The notes beneath the pieces are model-generated. The model saw only the letters and a program-made list of their open reading frames with translations. It did not search any database and was not told the origin of the DNA. A stretch of 64,000 bases of DNA from Antedon mediterranea (lineage: Eukaryota; Animalia; Echinodermata). The stretch covers positions 16,802,001-16,866,000 of the forward strand of contig NC_092671.1 in assembly GCF_964355755.1 (NCBI RefSeq). The letters are read 5' to 3'. Shown piece by piece: positions 44,528 through 56,520 of the stretch. Position 1 is the stretch's first letter. Every line of letters starts with the position of its first letter. A program made the position numbers and the translations under genes.

Positions 44528-46824
44528 AAAACATGTTTGTTATGACCCAGTTGATTCATGATAAAACAAGAGTTACGTCACACTCATCAAGTTGTATTGA
44601 TTTGATACTAACAACAATTCCAGATCAGCACTATTTAAGTGGTGTTGCTAAAATAACTTTAAGCGACCATTTTATGGTTTACAGCTGTTTAAAATTTAAG
44701 GAAAAAGAAGCTAAACATAAAACAATATATTATAGAGATTATAAGAACTTTGATGAAGGGGCATTCTTGCATGATATTTCCCATTCTCAGAAATTACAAA
44801 ATATTCACAATATTAATAACGTTGACAATGCATGGGGTACGTTTAAAAATTGCTTTCTAAATTTAAGTAATAAACATGGGCCTATAAAAAATTCAAGAAT
44901 AAAAAATAGATTCTCTCCCTGGATAACTCCTGAAATTATAAAGTTAATGTACAAAAGAGATTATACTAAAAGCAAAGTAAATGTTAATAATCCAGGATTA
45001 AAAACTGAGTATAGAAGACTTAGAAATCTGGTTAACACTAACATTAAGAAAGCAAAGTATAACTATTTTAATAATGTAAATATAAAATATAAAAATAATC
45101 CAAAAAAAATGTGGAACGAGCTAAATAAACTAACTGGTAAAACGAAATCTAACATTAGTAAAACTATTGATTGCGAACATTTTAATGAATACTTTACCAA
45201 CATAGGAGTTAAGATGGCGCAGTCATTTGACGATACGCTGCCAAGTTGGAATAATCCACCTAGTGAATATTCCTTTAATTTTATAAATGTTGATGTAAAT
45301 ACCATTAAAAGGAAGCTTTATAATTTGCCAGAAAAAAATTTAGATGTTCTTGATTTTGATAGTAAATTGTTAAGGTTAGCAGCTCCGTACATTGCTTATC
45401 CATTGTGTCATATTGTGAATCTCTCTCTCATGTCTGGTCTTGTCCCAGCTGATTGGAAAGTAGCAAGGACAACTCCTATATATAAAGGAAAGGGTAGTAA
45501 AGACAGTATGAGCAACTACAGACCAATATCTGTCGTTGCTCATATCGCAAAGATTATAGAGAGAGTGGTTCAGGAACAAATCATTTCTTTTCTTAGTTTG
45601 TTTGATTTGATTAACATTGATCAATTTGCCTTTTTGAAAAACCATTCTACTGTAACATGCTTGCACAGAGTAGTTGATGATTGGTTAGAAAGTTTTAATG
45701 ACTCAGAGGTCGTCGGCGCTTGTTTCTTAGATATATCCAAGTGCTTTGACACGATAGATCACTCAATTTTGTTATTTAAGCTTTACAAATATGGTTTCCA
45801 TGAAAATGTTGTTTACTGGTTTAGTAATTACTTAAAAAACAGAAAACAGTTTGTATACTGTAACAATAACAAATCTACACTTAAAGAAATCAATATTGGT
45901 GTTCCACAAGGAAGTGTCCTGGGACCCATCTTGTTTCTCATTTTCATAAATGATATTTCGCAGTCTATAGTAAATGGAACTTGCAGCGTTTTTGCTGATG
46001 ATGTTGTGGTTTACACCTCAGGTGATACTGCTAAGATAGTAAATGATTCATTACAAATAATTATTGATAACATTGGTAAATGGTATGATGACAACCACCT
46101 CTCTATAAATACTGAAAAAACAAAGGTTATGTTACTAAGAAACAATCATACAGCTGACAGTAATGATTTAAATATACAAATTGGAACCAGTAAATTAGAA
46201 CAAGTTGATAGTATAAGGTATCTGGGAGTCGTAATCGATGAAATGTTAACTTGGAAACAAAATACTCAATGTATTAGTAAAAATATTGGATATAAAATAA
46301 CAATGCTAGGTAAAATGGCTAGTAGTTTAAGTAAACCGTTACTTGAAACTCTATATATAAGTACAATTCAGCCTTGTAGTGATTATGCTATAACAGTCTG
46401 GGGAAATACGACAGAGTTAAACAAAAATATTTTAAAGCGACATCAAAAAAGAGCTGCTCGAATTGTAACTAACAACTTCGATTATATTAATGTAAGGGGT
46501 GACAACATCATCCAGAACCTATCGTGGCAAACTCTTGAAGAGAAACGAGATTTCTCCCTAGCATGTCTAATGTATAAATGTGTTTACGGCCTTGCACCAA
46601 TTAGATTAGTAAATGAAATTGAATTGATTCGCGATATTCACACCCACTTAACACGTGGAGTAGAAAATTTGAATGTAACAATACCTAAATACACCCTTAG
46701 TAAAATGAATTCGTCCTTTAAAGTTGCAGGCGCAAAAATATGGAACAATTTACCAATTAATATTAAATCGGCACCAACAATTACGTCCTTTAAGGCTAGA
46801 TACAAATCTCATTTCTTTTCATAA
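44506..46824 (+). CDS. Non-LTR retrotransposon ORF2 (C-terminal part of APE endonuclease plus complete RT), L2/CR1 group
   Basis: TR..SS.IDLI and SDH (APE end); PWIT; NYRPIS; FLDISKCFDTIDH; GVPQGSVLGPILF.IFIND; FADD; YLGV; WN.LP. The first ~7 codons come from host sequence. Confidence 0.92.
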   Translation: MSKSNLFENMFVMTQLIHDKTRVTSHSSSCIDLILTTIPDQHYLSGVAKITLSDHFMVYSCLKFKEKEAKHKTIYYRDYKNFDEGAFLHDISHSQKLQNIHNINNVDNAWGTFKNCFLNLSNKHGPIKNSRIKNRFSPWITPEIIKLMYKRDYTKSKVNVNNPGLKTEYRRLRNLVNTNIKKAKYNYFNNVNIKYKNNPKKMWNELNKLTGKTKSNISKTIDCEHFNEYFTNIGVKMAQSFDDTLPSWNNPPSEYSFNFINVDVNTIKRKLYNLPEKNLDVLDFDSKLLRLAAPYIAYPLCHIVNLSLMSGLVPADWKVARTTPIYKGKGSKDSMSNYRPISVVAHIAKIIERVVQEQIISFLSLFDLINIDQFAFLKNHSTVTCLHRVVDDWLESFNDSEVVGACFLDISKCFDTIDHSILLFKLYKYGFHENVVYWFSNYLKNRKQFVYCNNNKSTLKEINIGVPQGSVLGPILFLIFINDISQSIVNGTCSVFADDVVVYTSGDTAKIVNDSLQIIIDNIGKWYDDNHLSINTEKTKVMLLRNNHTADSNDLNIQIGTSKLEQVDSIRYLGVVIDEMLTWKQNTQCISKNIGYKITMLGKMASSLSKPLLETLYISTIQPCSDYAITVWGNTTELNKNILKRHQKRAARIVTNNFDYINVRGDNIIQNLSWQTLEEKRDFSLACLMYKCVYGLAPIRLVNEIELIRDIHTHLTRGVENLNVTIPKYTLSKMNSSFKVAGAKIWNNLPINIKSAPTITSFKARYKSHFFS

Positions 46825-46940
46825 AAAACTGACATGTATTATATTTAATTAAGTTTCTCTTTTGTATATTTTGATTAAGACAGGACCACAATGTAAAACA
46901 GATACACTGTTATCTGATTGTTTTATCCTGTATAAATATA

Positions 46941-46971
<31 letters not shown>
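44528..46971 (+). mobile_element. 5'-truncated LINE with 3' stem-loop and (TAT)n tail
   Basis: cagatac..gttatctg stem at ~46899-46917, (tat)n at 46940-46972; the empty site is seen in copy A at 40451-40470 (ataactttat-agccagcaatcg). Confidence 0.92.
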
Positions 46972-46972
<1 letters not shown>

Positions 46973-47733
46973 AGCCAGCAATCGATGTGGTTAGCTTTTC
47001 ACGGTGCGCTATCAACAATTACACGGTCTACGCGCGCGATTTAATGAAATTATGTTGAAATGTATGAAATCATATCTATCATAATTAAACCAAATTTGGT
47101 ACTTTCAGTAATTTCAGGTCATATTTCATCATATTGCAATGCAATTACGTGCGTAGCGCATATAACGCATGCGTATGTGCGCTTACAATTTTAAAATTTG
47201 TCAAAATTTATTTTCGATGAAATTAGAGTACGTTTTCAGGCAATATTTAAGCGTTTAATGTGATCGGGTTGTTTTATTCAAGGTCGACGTGCAATGATAC
47301 CGACTATTGTATTTGTGCTACCAAGATCCCATCTTTCATAAATAATTAAAGATCATGACAAAATCAATCAATCAATCAATATATCTTTTAAAAAATCAAT
47401 TATCTGTATTTAGATCAATGCATATAACCTATAATTCGTCATAGTGACGAATTAAATCTAGTTGAAAATAGTACTTTTGCTGCGTATAAATTGAATATCG
47501 ATAGTCAAAATATATTAAACTATAGAATTTCATAATTTAATTATTTTACAAAATGGTTTGTCAATATCTTTTATTGTAACTTTTGATAACAGATAAAAAA
47601 TAATACATGCGCCAACAGTCGATTATATTATTCAGCAACATACTATGTTACCGAAAGTTGTTTTTGTAAGACCCTCAATCACCATGAAAACTGAATATTT
47701 ACAAAATTAATTAATAATAATAATAATAATAAT

Positions 47734-48242
47734 AACTAGATGGTACTACCCGCCTACTGTAAAATTCCCCAACATAAAATGTCCCCTGAAAATATATATA
47801 TTTTTAAATTTTTGTTATAATAGTTCTAAGTGTAAATAGGCTAACTGCACACTACAAAGTTGTGGATGAGAGTTTGGTGTAATGGTTAGGGCTCTCTCAC
47901 AGTTGAGATCGCTAGTTCAATTCCCGCTGAGGTTTTTTTATTTTTTTTTTGTGGACCTTGATCTTTGACCCTGACCCTTTAACCACAATTGTATAATGAG
48001 TCATTGATCAGTGTGGCTAAGTTTGGTGAGAATCGGATAAAAACTGTGACAGTAAAATAGTTTTTTGTTAGTTGTGACCTGCACCTATGACCTTTCCTCT
48101 CAAAATTGAACTGGTCAGAGCTTTTGGAGCATAGATAATTGTGGCCAAATTTGGCCAGATTCGGAGGAAAACTGTGACCTTCGGGCTGTTCACAGACACA
48201 AATATACAGGGGTGAAAATATAACCTCCTTGGCGGAGGTAAT
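47734..48242 (+). mobile_element. Helentron/HINE(DINE-1)-like non-autonomous element containing a tRNA-like fragment (47867-47932)
   Basis: Starts aactaga in an (aat)n tract; internal gaccttgatctttgacc and aagtttggtgagaatcgg repeats; 3' hairpin acctcc-ttggc-ggaggt at 48223-48239. Confidence 0.6.
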
Positions 48243-48469
48243 AATAGGCTAATCACATAACCATCAATCAATAATAACATAATCAAGTAACTCAGATTTG
48301 TCAATTTCTTTGTTGGTAATCTCGTCTTTTTTACCCGTTTAGTTTTCATTCCAAAAGAGTGGTCTACTGGCCTTTCTCATTTAGACTACATTCACTTTCT
48401 AACCATTTTTAAAAAACTTTTTTGGACCATACATCCATGGACCAACATTCTATATTGTCAGACATTGGC

Positions 48470-49324
48470 TCACTTTCTTTGGTTAATTTCTTTATTTATA
48501 TCGTCTCTAGTTAATGCTTTCTTGAATAACTTTATTTCGTACAAATGTCCATAGGCGGACCCTCCTCCAATAAAGGCTGGTTTTTTTTTTTCTTGGAATC
48601 GTACCGTTACAACAATCTGAACTGTCTTTTTGTTCTGCGTTTAAATATAACACCATATTACTGCCATTGTACGTCATTGAAACGTGATTCCATTCCAGAA
48701 ACCCAGAATCATCTACAGCTACAACCATTCTATATCCAGAGTTTAGGTTAAATAGCGAAGATGTTATTTTACGTCCAAATAGGATTATTTCAAATTCACC
48801 TCTAGCACGTACACCATTATTTAAGATATGCTGTCTGTAAGTTCCCGTTTCGCTACACTGTAACCAGAAACAGACTGTAAAATTTGGTCCGAAATCAAAG
48901 TTATTAAAATCATCAACTTAGAATTACTTGACCACTAAATATAGCTGCGTTGCCGATCGTTCCGTGCAAATAGGTTAAGTTTGTAGGCCTACCATTATTT
49001 ACAATTATAACTCTACCATGACGCCCATTTCTTGAAGCGTCATCTACGTTGCCTTCAAATGCGTAATCTTCATCTGGGTAAATCTGTCGTAATGTTCATA
49101 CTTTCTGGAGTCGTTACGACGCTATCAGTGACAAGAATAGATCTCTCGTTATCAACGGTAGTTTGACTTTTATTTCTGAGGGTTGGGTACTGGAAGCATT
49201 TACTTTCTTTTATTTTGAACGTCGTTTTCAAGTTGTTTTTTCGTAATGTTACCTGGTCGCTTCTAAATAAATGTACATTCATTAAACCGATAAACAAGAC
49301 AGACACTTGATAAATCCTGTACAT
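48470..49324 (-). pseudogene. LamG-fold pseudogene, copy C (E-type)
   Basis: Homologous to E; deletion in the LLAHYAF segment at ~49067 and a frameshifting poly-T run at 48581-48592. Confidence 0.85.
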
Positions 49325-49874
49325 TATTCTTACGGAACACCAAACAAAAAAACACGACAGTAGGCCTACTAGTCAGTAACTCTAATGGCAGAATGTTTCT
49401 AATAATATTATTACGTATACCTAATTATGTATCAGAGTAGGCTATAAACAAATTCAGAAATAATCATTACGTGGGATTGATGAGGTTTGAATTGAAATAA
49501 GATATTCAAGATAATCAATATAACTTGTACTGATGTTTCCATCAACTCAATTGAGATCACACAATAATGCTATTTAGTCATGCATGAAAAATAGATTATT
49601 AACTTGATTCTGTGAAAAGATGATCTATTTTTGTATTTTAAAAGAATAGTAATATCAATTACAAATACTAATGTAGAGATAATAAGTTTATTGGTTATTT
49701 ATTTTCTCTGATTCTAAGTTTTACCTTGCAATACTCAAACGTTTAAGAAGGAGGCACAGAACAAGTCATGTTAAGTAACTTGTGTTGAGCCTTTTCTATA
49801 ATTTAGACCGACATACATTTTATATAGTACGGTAACGTATTAAAAGTCAAATACTTGTTGTTATAGTTTGGAAA

Positions 49875-50235
49875 AATTTGGCCCGAAATCAAAGTTAACA
49901 AAATAGTCAACGAATTGACAAATAAATGTTTGTCTTTCCGACATGTGAGTATGTTAAGTTTGTACAATTAATTACAATGAGAAATCCTAATCTGGGTATC
50001 GGTAATCTGTCGTAATGTTAAATACTTTCTGTAGTTGTTACAACGTTGTGGTCAGTTAGTGATAAGATCAGATCTGACTTTATTAACGGTAGTTGGAGTT
50101 GTTCTGAAGCAGATTGGGTACCGCATTTCATTTCTCTTATTTGAGCGTCGTTTTAATGTTGACTAATCGATTCGAAATAAATGTACCCATAAGCAGAAAA
50201 TACACTTGATATATCCTATATACCGGCCATCATTC
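49875..50235 (-). pseudogene. LamG-fold gene remnant, copy D
   Basis: Degenerate matches to ccgaaatcaaag, tatgttaagtttgta, ctgggtatcggtaatctgtcgtaatg and cccataagcag. Confidence 0.7.
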
Positions 50236-51110
50236 TTATGACAAAATGAAACACCAAACACGAGAGAAAACAATTGTTGAAATTGTTAAAAGAAATTTAT
50301 TTAATACATATATCTAAAGTACTGTTATTTACAGTATATTAAGAGTTTCAGTTTATCAATTTTTTTTTTATTATTTGCTATTTATTTTTAGGCCTATAAT
50401 AGTTATCGTAACTTAGGCCTAAAACTTTACATTTATCTTCTTTTTCTTCATATTAAATACATTAAATTAATTACTTCAACATATAGCATATTTCTTAATT
50501 ATACTATTTCTTATTGTTGGTGTTAAGCTTTGATTAGTTTCTTATAACTAAATCTTATCACCTTTTGTCAATGATATGTTTATTTTGTTTTTCAAAATCA
50601 ATTTAACTCAATGGCAGAATGTTTCTAATATATATTATTAAGTATACCTGTAATTATGTATCAGAGTATGAACACATTCAGGAACAACAAACAAGACAGA
50701 CACTTGATAATATCCTATCATTCTTGTGAAAAAGAGGAACACTGAAAAACACTACATTTAGGCATATTCTAAAATCCAAAATGTTCCTAGTTTTATATAT
50801 TATTATGTAGGCCAATTTATATAGCATCATAGTATATATGAACAAATTGGAAACATAAAAACCAAGGAGTTTTTGTATTGAAAGAAATAAAATATCGATT
50901 TTGATTAAGATTAATTAATATAACCGGTACTGACATTTTCCTCAACTTAAGATCACACAACAATAGTATTTATTCATATGACACAGATGTCGAGTAACTT
51001 GACTCTGTGGCGCAGCATTGTCTGCTTTTGTATTTAAAAAAAAACCCGTCAATTTCAGTTAGAAAAACTTAAATAAGTTTATTGGTTTTATACTAATGTT
51101 TCTAATGCTT

Positions 51111-53019
51111 TAGTTGGGGAACCAGAAATGGTTCACCTGCACCCTCTCGCAAACTGTGTAAACAATGTTTGTTTGCTTCCTTATATCAATACAAATCAAT
51201 TTTTTGCTGTTGGCCGAAAAAATAATTGGGATGCTTGTCAGTAAAGGGGCCAAAAGGTTATTATGGTCAAAGTTAGTATTGTGCGTAACTACTGGATGTA
51301 TTGGAATATTTATATTGTGCAATACTACTCAGAAGACCCATATTTCTATTCACTCTAATGGGCTTGCCAAAGGTGGACGGAAACCCCTTTTCTGAAAACG
51401 GGTCAAGAAATTGGCCATATGAATATCCCATCAACCACTGGTCAGAAAGAAATAAATGTGGTCTCAAATTACTCGCAAATTATATGTTTATATTTGTTCT
51501 AATGTAATAAAAATCATACAACTGTCAATAAACCCCAAATTTTGACCTTTAACATATAGCCGGCACACTTTGGCTTGGAGCACACTTTTCATATCTCAGA
51601 AATTGTTGGGCGGATATGGTCGGAGTTGGTGTCGAAATACTCACAAGATACATATTTCTATTCACTTTAATGGACAACTTTTGCCAAAAATGACCATGAA
51701 ACATAGAAAATAGCCATATCAATATCTCAGCAACCACTAGTCAGAAAGTTATAATTTTAGTCTCAAATTACTTTATTACAGTATTTTGAGACCAAAGCTG
51801 TGCTATATATTTCTATGGTCTATGTTTCATGGTCATTTTTGGCAAAAGTTGTCCATTAAAGTGAATACAAATATGTATCTTCTGAGTATTTTGACACCAA
51901 CCACGACCATATCCGCCATACAATTTCTGAGATATGAAAAGTGTGCTATAAGCCAAAAATGTTTGTGCTGGCTATGTCAACGGTCAAAATTAAGGGTTTA
52001 TTGACAGTTTTATGATTTTTTATTACATTAGAAAAAATATAAACATACTTTTTTTTCTCTTTTGTGGCGTTAACCACTATTTATTCATTTCATTACATCA
52101 ACAGATTAATACAATTATTTCTAATAATAATAATAATAACTATTCATTGTTATTCTTACTTTTGTTTGGTTTATATATATATATATATTTTTTTATTTTT
52201 TTATTTTATCAACGTTACTGTTCTTGGAATCAGAACATTAATATTTCTTTTCTGTTATCCACCTTTTTTCATAATTTTCTAGTACTTTTTTTTGTTCTAT
52301 AATTCTCAACATCTAAAATTGTGAACACTTAACTAATAAATGTACTGTAGGAGATACATTTACTAATGTTGTATAGTTATTTTCGGTAGTATTTTTGACA
52401 TATAATTCATTTATACCCTATATACAGATTATATACATTATTTTAAAATACGAATATTAAAAAAAACAAAAACAAAAATATTAAAAATGCTTTCTTACTC
52501 CTGTGTCTAGTTTTATGTCTTATGGTTATATTTGTTTGCTTATCTTCTCGTGCGTTACTTATGTTGCGTTACGTTTCTTTTTTGTTTTCAATATTAATTT
52601 ATACAATTTTTTTTTAAATTGATATTTCATATAAGATAAAATGAAACTGCCTATGTGTATTATACAACATTATTATGTAAACATACTTTGCGAGTAATTC
52701 GAGACCACAATGGCCAATTTCTTGACCAATGGTCAGAAAAAGTTCCGTCCACTTTTGGTTTCCCATTAGAGTAAATAGAAGTATAGGTCTTCTGAGTAGT
52801 TTTGCACAAAAAATATTCCAATACACCCAGTAGTTACCAAGTTACGCACAGTCCTAACTGTGACCATAATTACCTTTTTGTCCCCTGTACTGACCAAGCA
52901 TCCCAATTTTTTTTCGGCCAACAACAACAAATTGTATTGAAATAAGGAAGCAAAAAAACAAACATTGTTGGCATAGTTTGCTAGAGGGTGCAGGTAACCC
53001 CTTTCTGGTTCCCCAACTA
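51111..53019. mobile_element. Long-TIR non-autonomous DNA transposon with TAG termini and 3-bp flank CTT (Academ-like)
   Basis: ctt|tagttggggaaccagaaa ... tttctggttccccaacta|ctt; ~350-bp imperfect TIRs; second internal inverted repeat 51490-51710 vs 51820-52040. Confidence 0.65.
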
Positions 53020-53396
53020 CTTAGTTCACACTATTAAGGCGCAACACAATGACGTAAGTACAACGTGCTTATATGACCAATCACAGGCGATAGATTATTC
53101 CAAACTGTCGATTTTCATTGGTCAACTCGCTTGTATTGCGTCTACGTTTTGCATTGTGTCTCTAGGAACCAAGCTTAAGCAAAACTCAAACGTTTAAAAA
53201 GATTGATCATTACCAGTAACAAATCATAAAAAAAATAGGCACATATACTGTCATTCATTTGAGTAACTTTTATTGAAGCTTTTTTTATAGGCCTAAGTCT
53301 AATAGAATACAATAACTATAGCATAAATTATAGAGTATCGGTAACATAATAAAAATAAAATATGAGACGTCTATACTACAATGGATCCTCTTTCCA

Positions 53397-54287
53397 TCAG
53401 GTTTTATTAAATTGTGTTCTGTTAACTTCTTTAATTATATCTTCTGTAGTTAATGCTTTGTTGAACAATTTGATTTCGTCCAATGCACCAAAGAATAATG
53501 GTCCATTAATAGAAATGGTTCCTCCAATAACAACTGGTGTATTTTTTCTTGGAATCGAACCGTTACAACAATCTGAAGTGTCTGTTTGTTCTGCGTTCAG
53601 ATACAACACCATATTACTGCCATTGTACGTCATTGCAACGTGATTCCATTCCAGAAACCCAGAATCATCAACTGCATTCATTCTAAGTCCAGACTGTGTG
53701 TTAAATATAGAAGCTCCGATTTGTGTTCCCTGTCGCAATTGTATCTCAAATCCACCATGACTACGGAAACCATTACTTAAGATGTGTGGTTGATTAGGTA
53801 CCGTTTCGTTACGCTTAAACCACAAACTTGCTGTAAAACTGGGCCCGAAATCAAAGTTATTAAAATCATGAACTTGAATTTTTTGACCATTAAATATAGC
53901 TGCGTTGCCGACCACTCCAGTACAGTATGTTAAGTTTGTACCATCATTTACAATAATAACCCTACCATGACGCCCATTTCCTGATGCGTCATCTACGTTG
54001 CTATCAAATGCGTAATGGGCCAACAAATCCTCATCTGGGTATCCGTAATCTGTAGTAATTTCATAACTTTCTGGAACTGTTACGACACTATCAGTAACAA
54101 GATCAGATCTTTCGTTAACAACGGTAGTTTGATTTCCATTTCTGAGACTTGGGTACCGAAAGCATCTCGTTTCTTTTACTTTTAGCTTTTTCAGGCTAGT
54201 TGTTCTTAATGTTGACGGACCATTCTCAAACGAATGCACAGCCATTATACCCATAAGCAGGACAGACACTTTATAACTCCAATGCAT
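53397..54287 (-). CDS. Secreted LamG-fold protein, copy E
   Basis: Probable start MHWSYKVSVLLMGIMAVHS; short stalk; intact LamG motifs. Confidence 0.85.
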   Translation of the reverse strand: MHWSYKVSVLLMGIMAVHSFENGPSTLRTTSLKKLKVKETRCFRYPSLRNGNQTTVVNERSDLVTDSVVTVPESYEITTDYGYPDEDLLAHYAFDSNVDDASGNGRHGRVIIVNDGTNLTYCTGVVGNAAIFNGQKIQVHDFNNFDFGPSFTASLWFKRNETVPNQPHILSNGFRSHGGFEIQLRQGTQIGASIFNTQSGLRMNAVDDSGFLEWNHVAMTYNGSNMVLYLNAEQTDTSDCCNGSIPRKNTPVVIGGTISINGPLFFGALDEIKLFNKALTTEDIIKEVNRTQFNKT

Positions 54288-55398
54288 TTTTTTATTGAGA
54301 AAATGGAACGGCGAGTAGAACACACAATACGTTCAGTAGGCCTACTTTTATGGGAATGTTTATAATTTTAGATGTAGACATATTTATAGTGTATTGTTGG
54401 TTTGAAATAGAAACTCAATACTGAAAGAAAAAAATATCGTAGGCCTACTTACTACTACTAAACCATTTTAATTGGCATTGTCATACATGTTATTAGATAA
54501 GTAATTTGACTCTAGATTATTTTTTTTGATATTAAACAAGAACATCAATGTCAATTAGAAATATTGAAGAGATAAGTTTATTGGTTGGTTGGTTGATTAT
54601 TAATTTATTCGAAATAGATCTCCATCGTGTCACGTGAAATTTGATATAGGCCGAGCCGAGAGAAGGTGTGACGAATAGATGGTTCTATTTACACACAGAC
54701 AAGCGGTAACGGTAAGCGTACGGTCAAGGAATAACATATTCTATATTTTTATTACCGTTAACGCGCATGGTGCATCTCTATCCATTTAAGTCGGTCATAA
54801 TGTGTATTTTTAAAAACAAAAACATTGTTATTTCTTTATTTCATTGCTAGTTCCGTGTTTACAATTTGGGAGGTCTGGGAAATAGAATTAGCCCTACAAG
54901 AAAAAAAACACTGGTCATACAATTTAGCTATTTTAATTTGATTAGAAACTACATTTCAACGATCTAAAATAGAAGTTACAAAAGGTACGTCTCGTATAAA
55001 GGCTAGACCTCGGACAACAATCCCACTCTACCAAATAGGCTAAAAACAGTCACTAAAAAAAAACTAAATGCCTACAAACTCTATAGGCCTACCTTTCAAA
55101 TATGTGGCGTTTTCTACTAATTATTTAGTTCCTTTGACCGATCGAAGTGGTAGATTAAATGATAATTAAATTGTTTCGAACAGTCGAATAAATACTATGG
55201 GTATTACACGGCTTATTCAATAGGAATAACTAAGTTTCGAAGGCCTCAAGAGTTTCATTTCTATACTACTGTATATACTGTACTTGTTTTACTGAATTTA
55301 ATAACGCTAGGCCTAATTTTAATATTTGATATAAGCCTAGACTGCATACGTATCATTGCGCCATATTAGGCCTATCTACGCAGCTGATAATATTCCCT

Positions 55399-56520
55399 TC
55401 AACATGTATTTAATTTATTTATATCGTGACTAGACAATGTTTTGTTGAAAAACTTTACTTCGTCTATTAAACCATAAAACAATTGTCCGTAATTGTCATT
55501 GCTGTAGCCTCCTCCAATAGTAACGGGTGTGTTTGCTATTGGAATTGGACCGCTACAACAACCAGACCTGTCTTGCTCTTCTGCATTTTAAATATAATAT
55601 ATCATTTCACTACCATCATACGTCATCACAAGATGTTGCCACTTCTCCACAAATCCAGAAGTAGTATCAGCTGCATTCAATCTATACCCACCCTGATTGA
55701 ATATGGACGCTTTGAGTCGATGTACTATTTCAAATTCACCGTCACTATGTACACCATTATTTAAGATACGAGATGGGTAATGTCCCGATTGGTTACCTGT
55801 GAACCACATACGAATGCTAAAATTCGATCCGAAATCGTAGTTACGGAAAGCATCAACGTATACTAATTGAAAACCAGTAAATGCAGCTGCATTGCCGATC
55901 ACTCCGTGAGAGTATATTAAGTTTAATCTGACGTAATTTTAATACATTCTGGAGTTGTTACAACGTTTGGATCAGTGCTAAGATAGTTATTAACTGATGT
56001 TTCATAGTTAGTTATTTCTTCATCAACTTGTGTTACAGTGATGCGATCATCAGTGTGAAGAGAGTTCTCGTTATTAACTGATGTTACATAGTTGGTTTTT
56101 TCTTCATCAACTTGTGTTCCAGTGCTGTGATCATCAGTGTGAAGAGAGTTCCCGCTTTTAACTGATGTTACATAGCATGGATATGTCTTCATCATCTTGT
56201 GTTCCAGTGTTGTGATCATCAGTGTGAAGAGAGTTCCCGTTATTAACTGATGTTACATGGTTATTTCTTCATCAACTTGTGTTCCAGTGATGTGATCATC
56301 AGTGCGAAGAGAACTCCCGTTATTAACTGATGTTACATAAAAGTCATTGATTTCTTCAAGCTTCAGTTCCATTTCTTGTATAATTCTGTTTCGGATACCG
56401 AACGCATTTCCGTTCCTTTATATTGAGCGTTTTCACGTTGTTTTTTCTTAATGTTGACTCGCCGTTTTCAAATGGATGTATAACCATTATACCAATACAC
56501 ACTTGATAAATCCAAAACAT
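55399..56520 (-). pseudogene. LamG-fold pseudogene, copy F (A-type) with expanded ~84-bp stalk repeat
   Basis: Start MFWIYQV at 56520; deletion of YRYPDE..GTN at ~55922; frameshift and stop at 55588. Confidence 0.85.

Noticed and set aside
38806-56520. Diversity-generating retroelement (RT plus variable lectin genes)
   Set aside because: The RT has LINE motifs, an APE remnant and a (TAT)n tail, and it inserted after the A/B duplication (empty site in A). There is no distinct template repeat or accessory gene.
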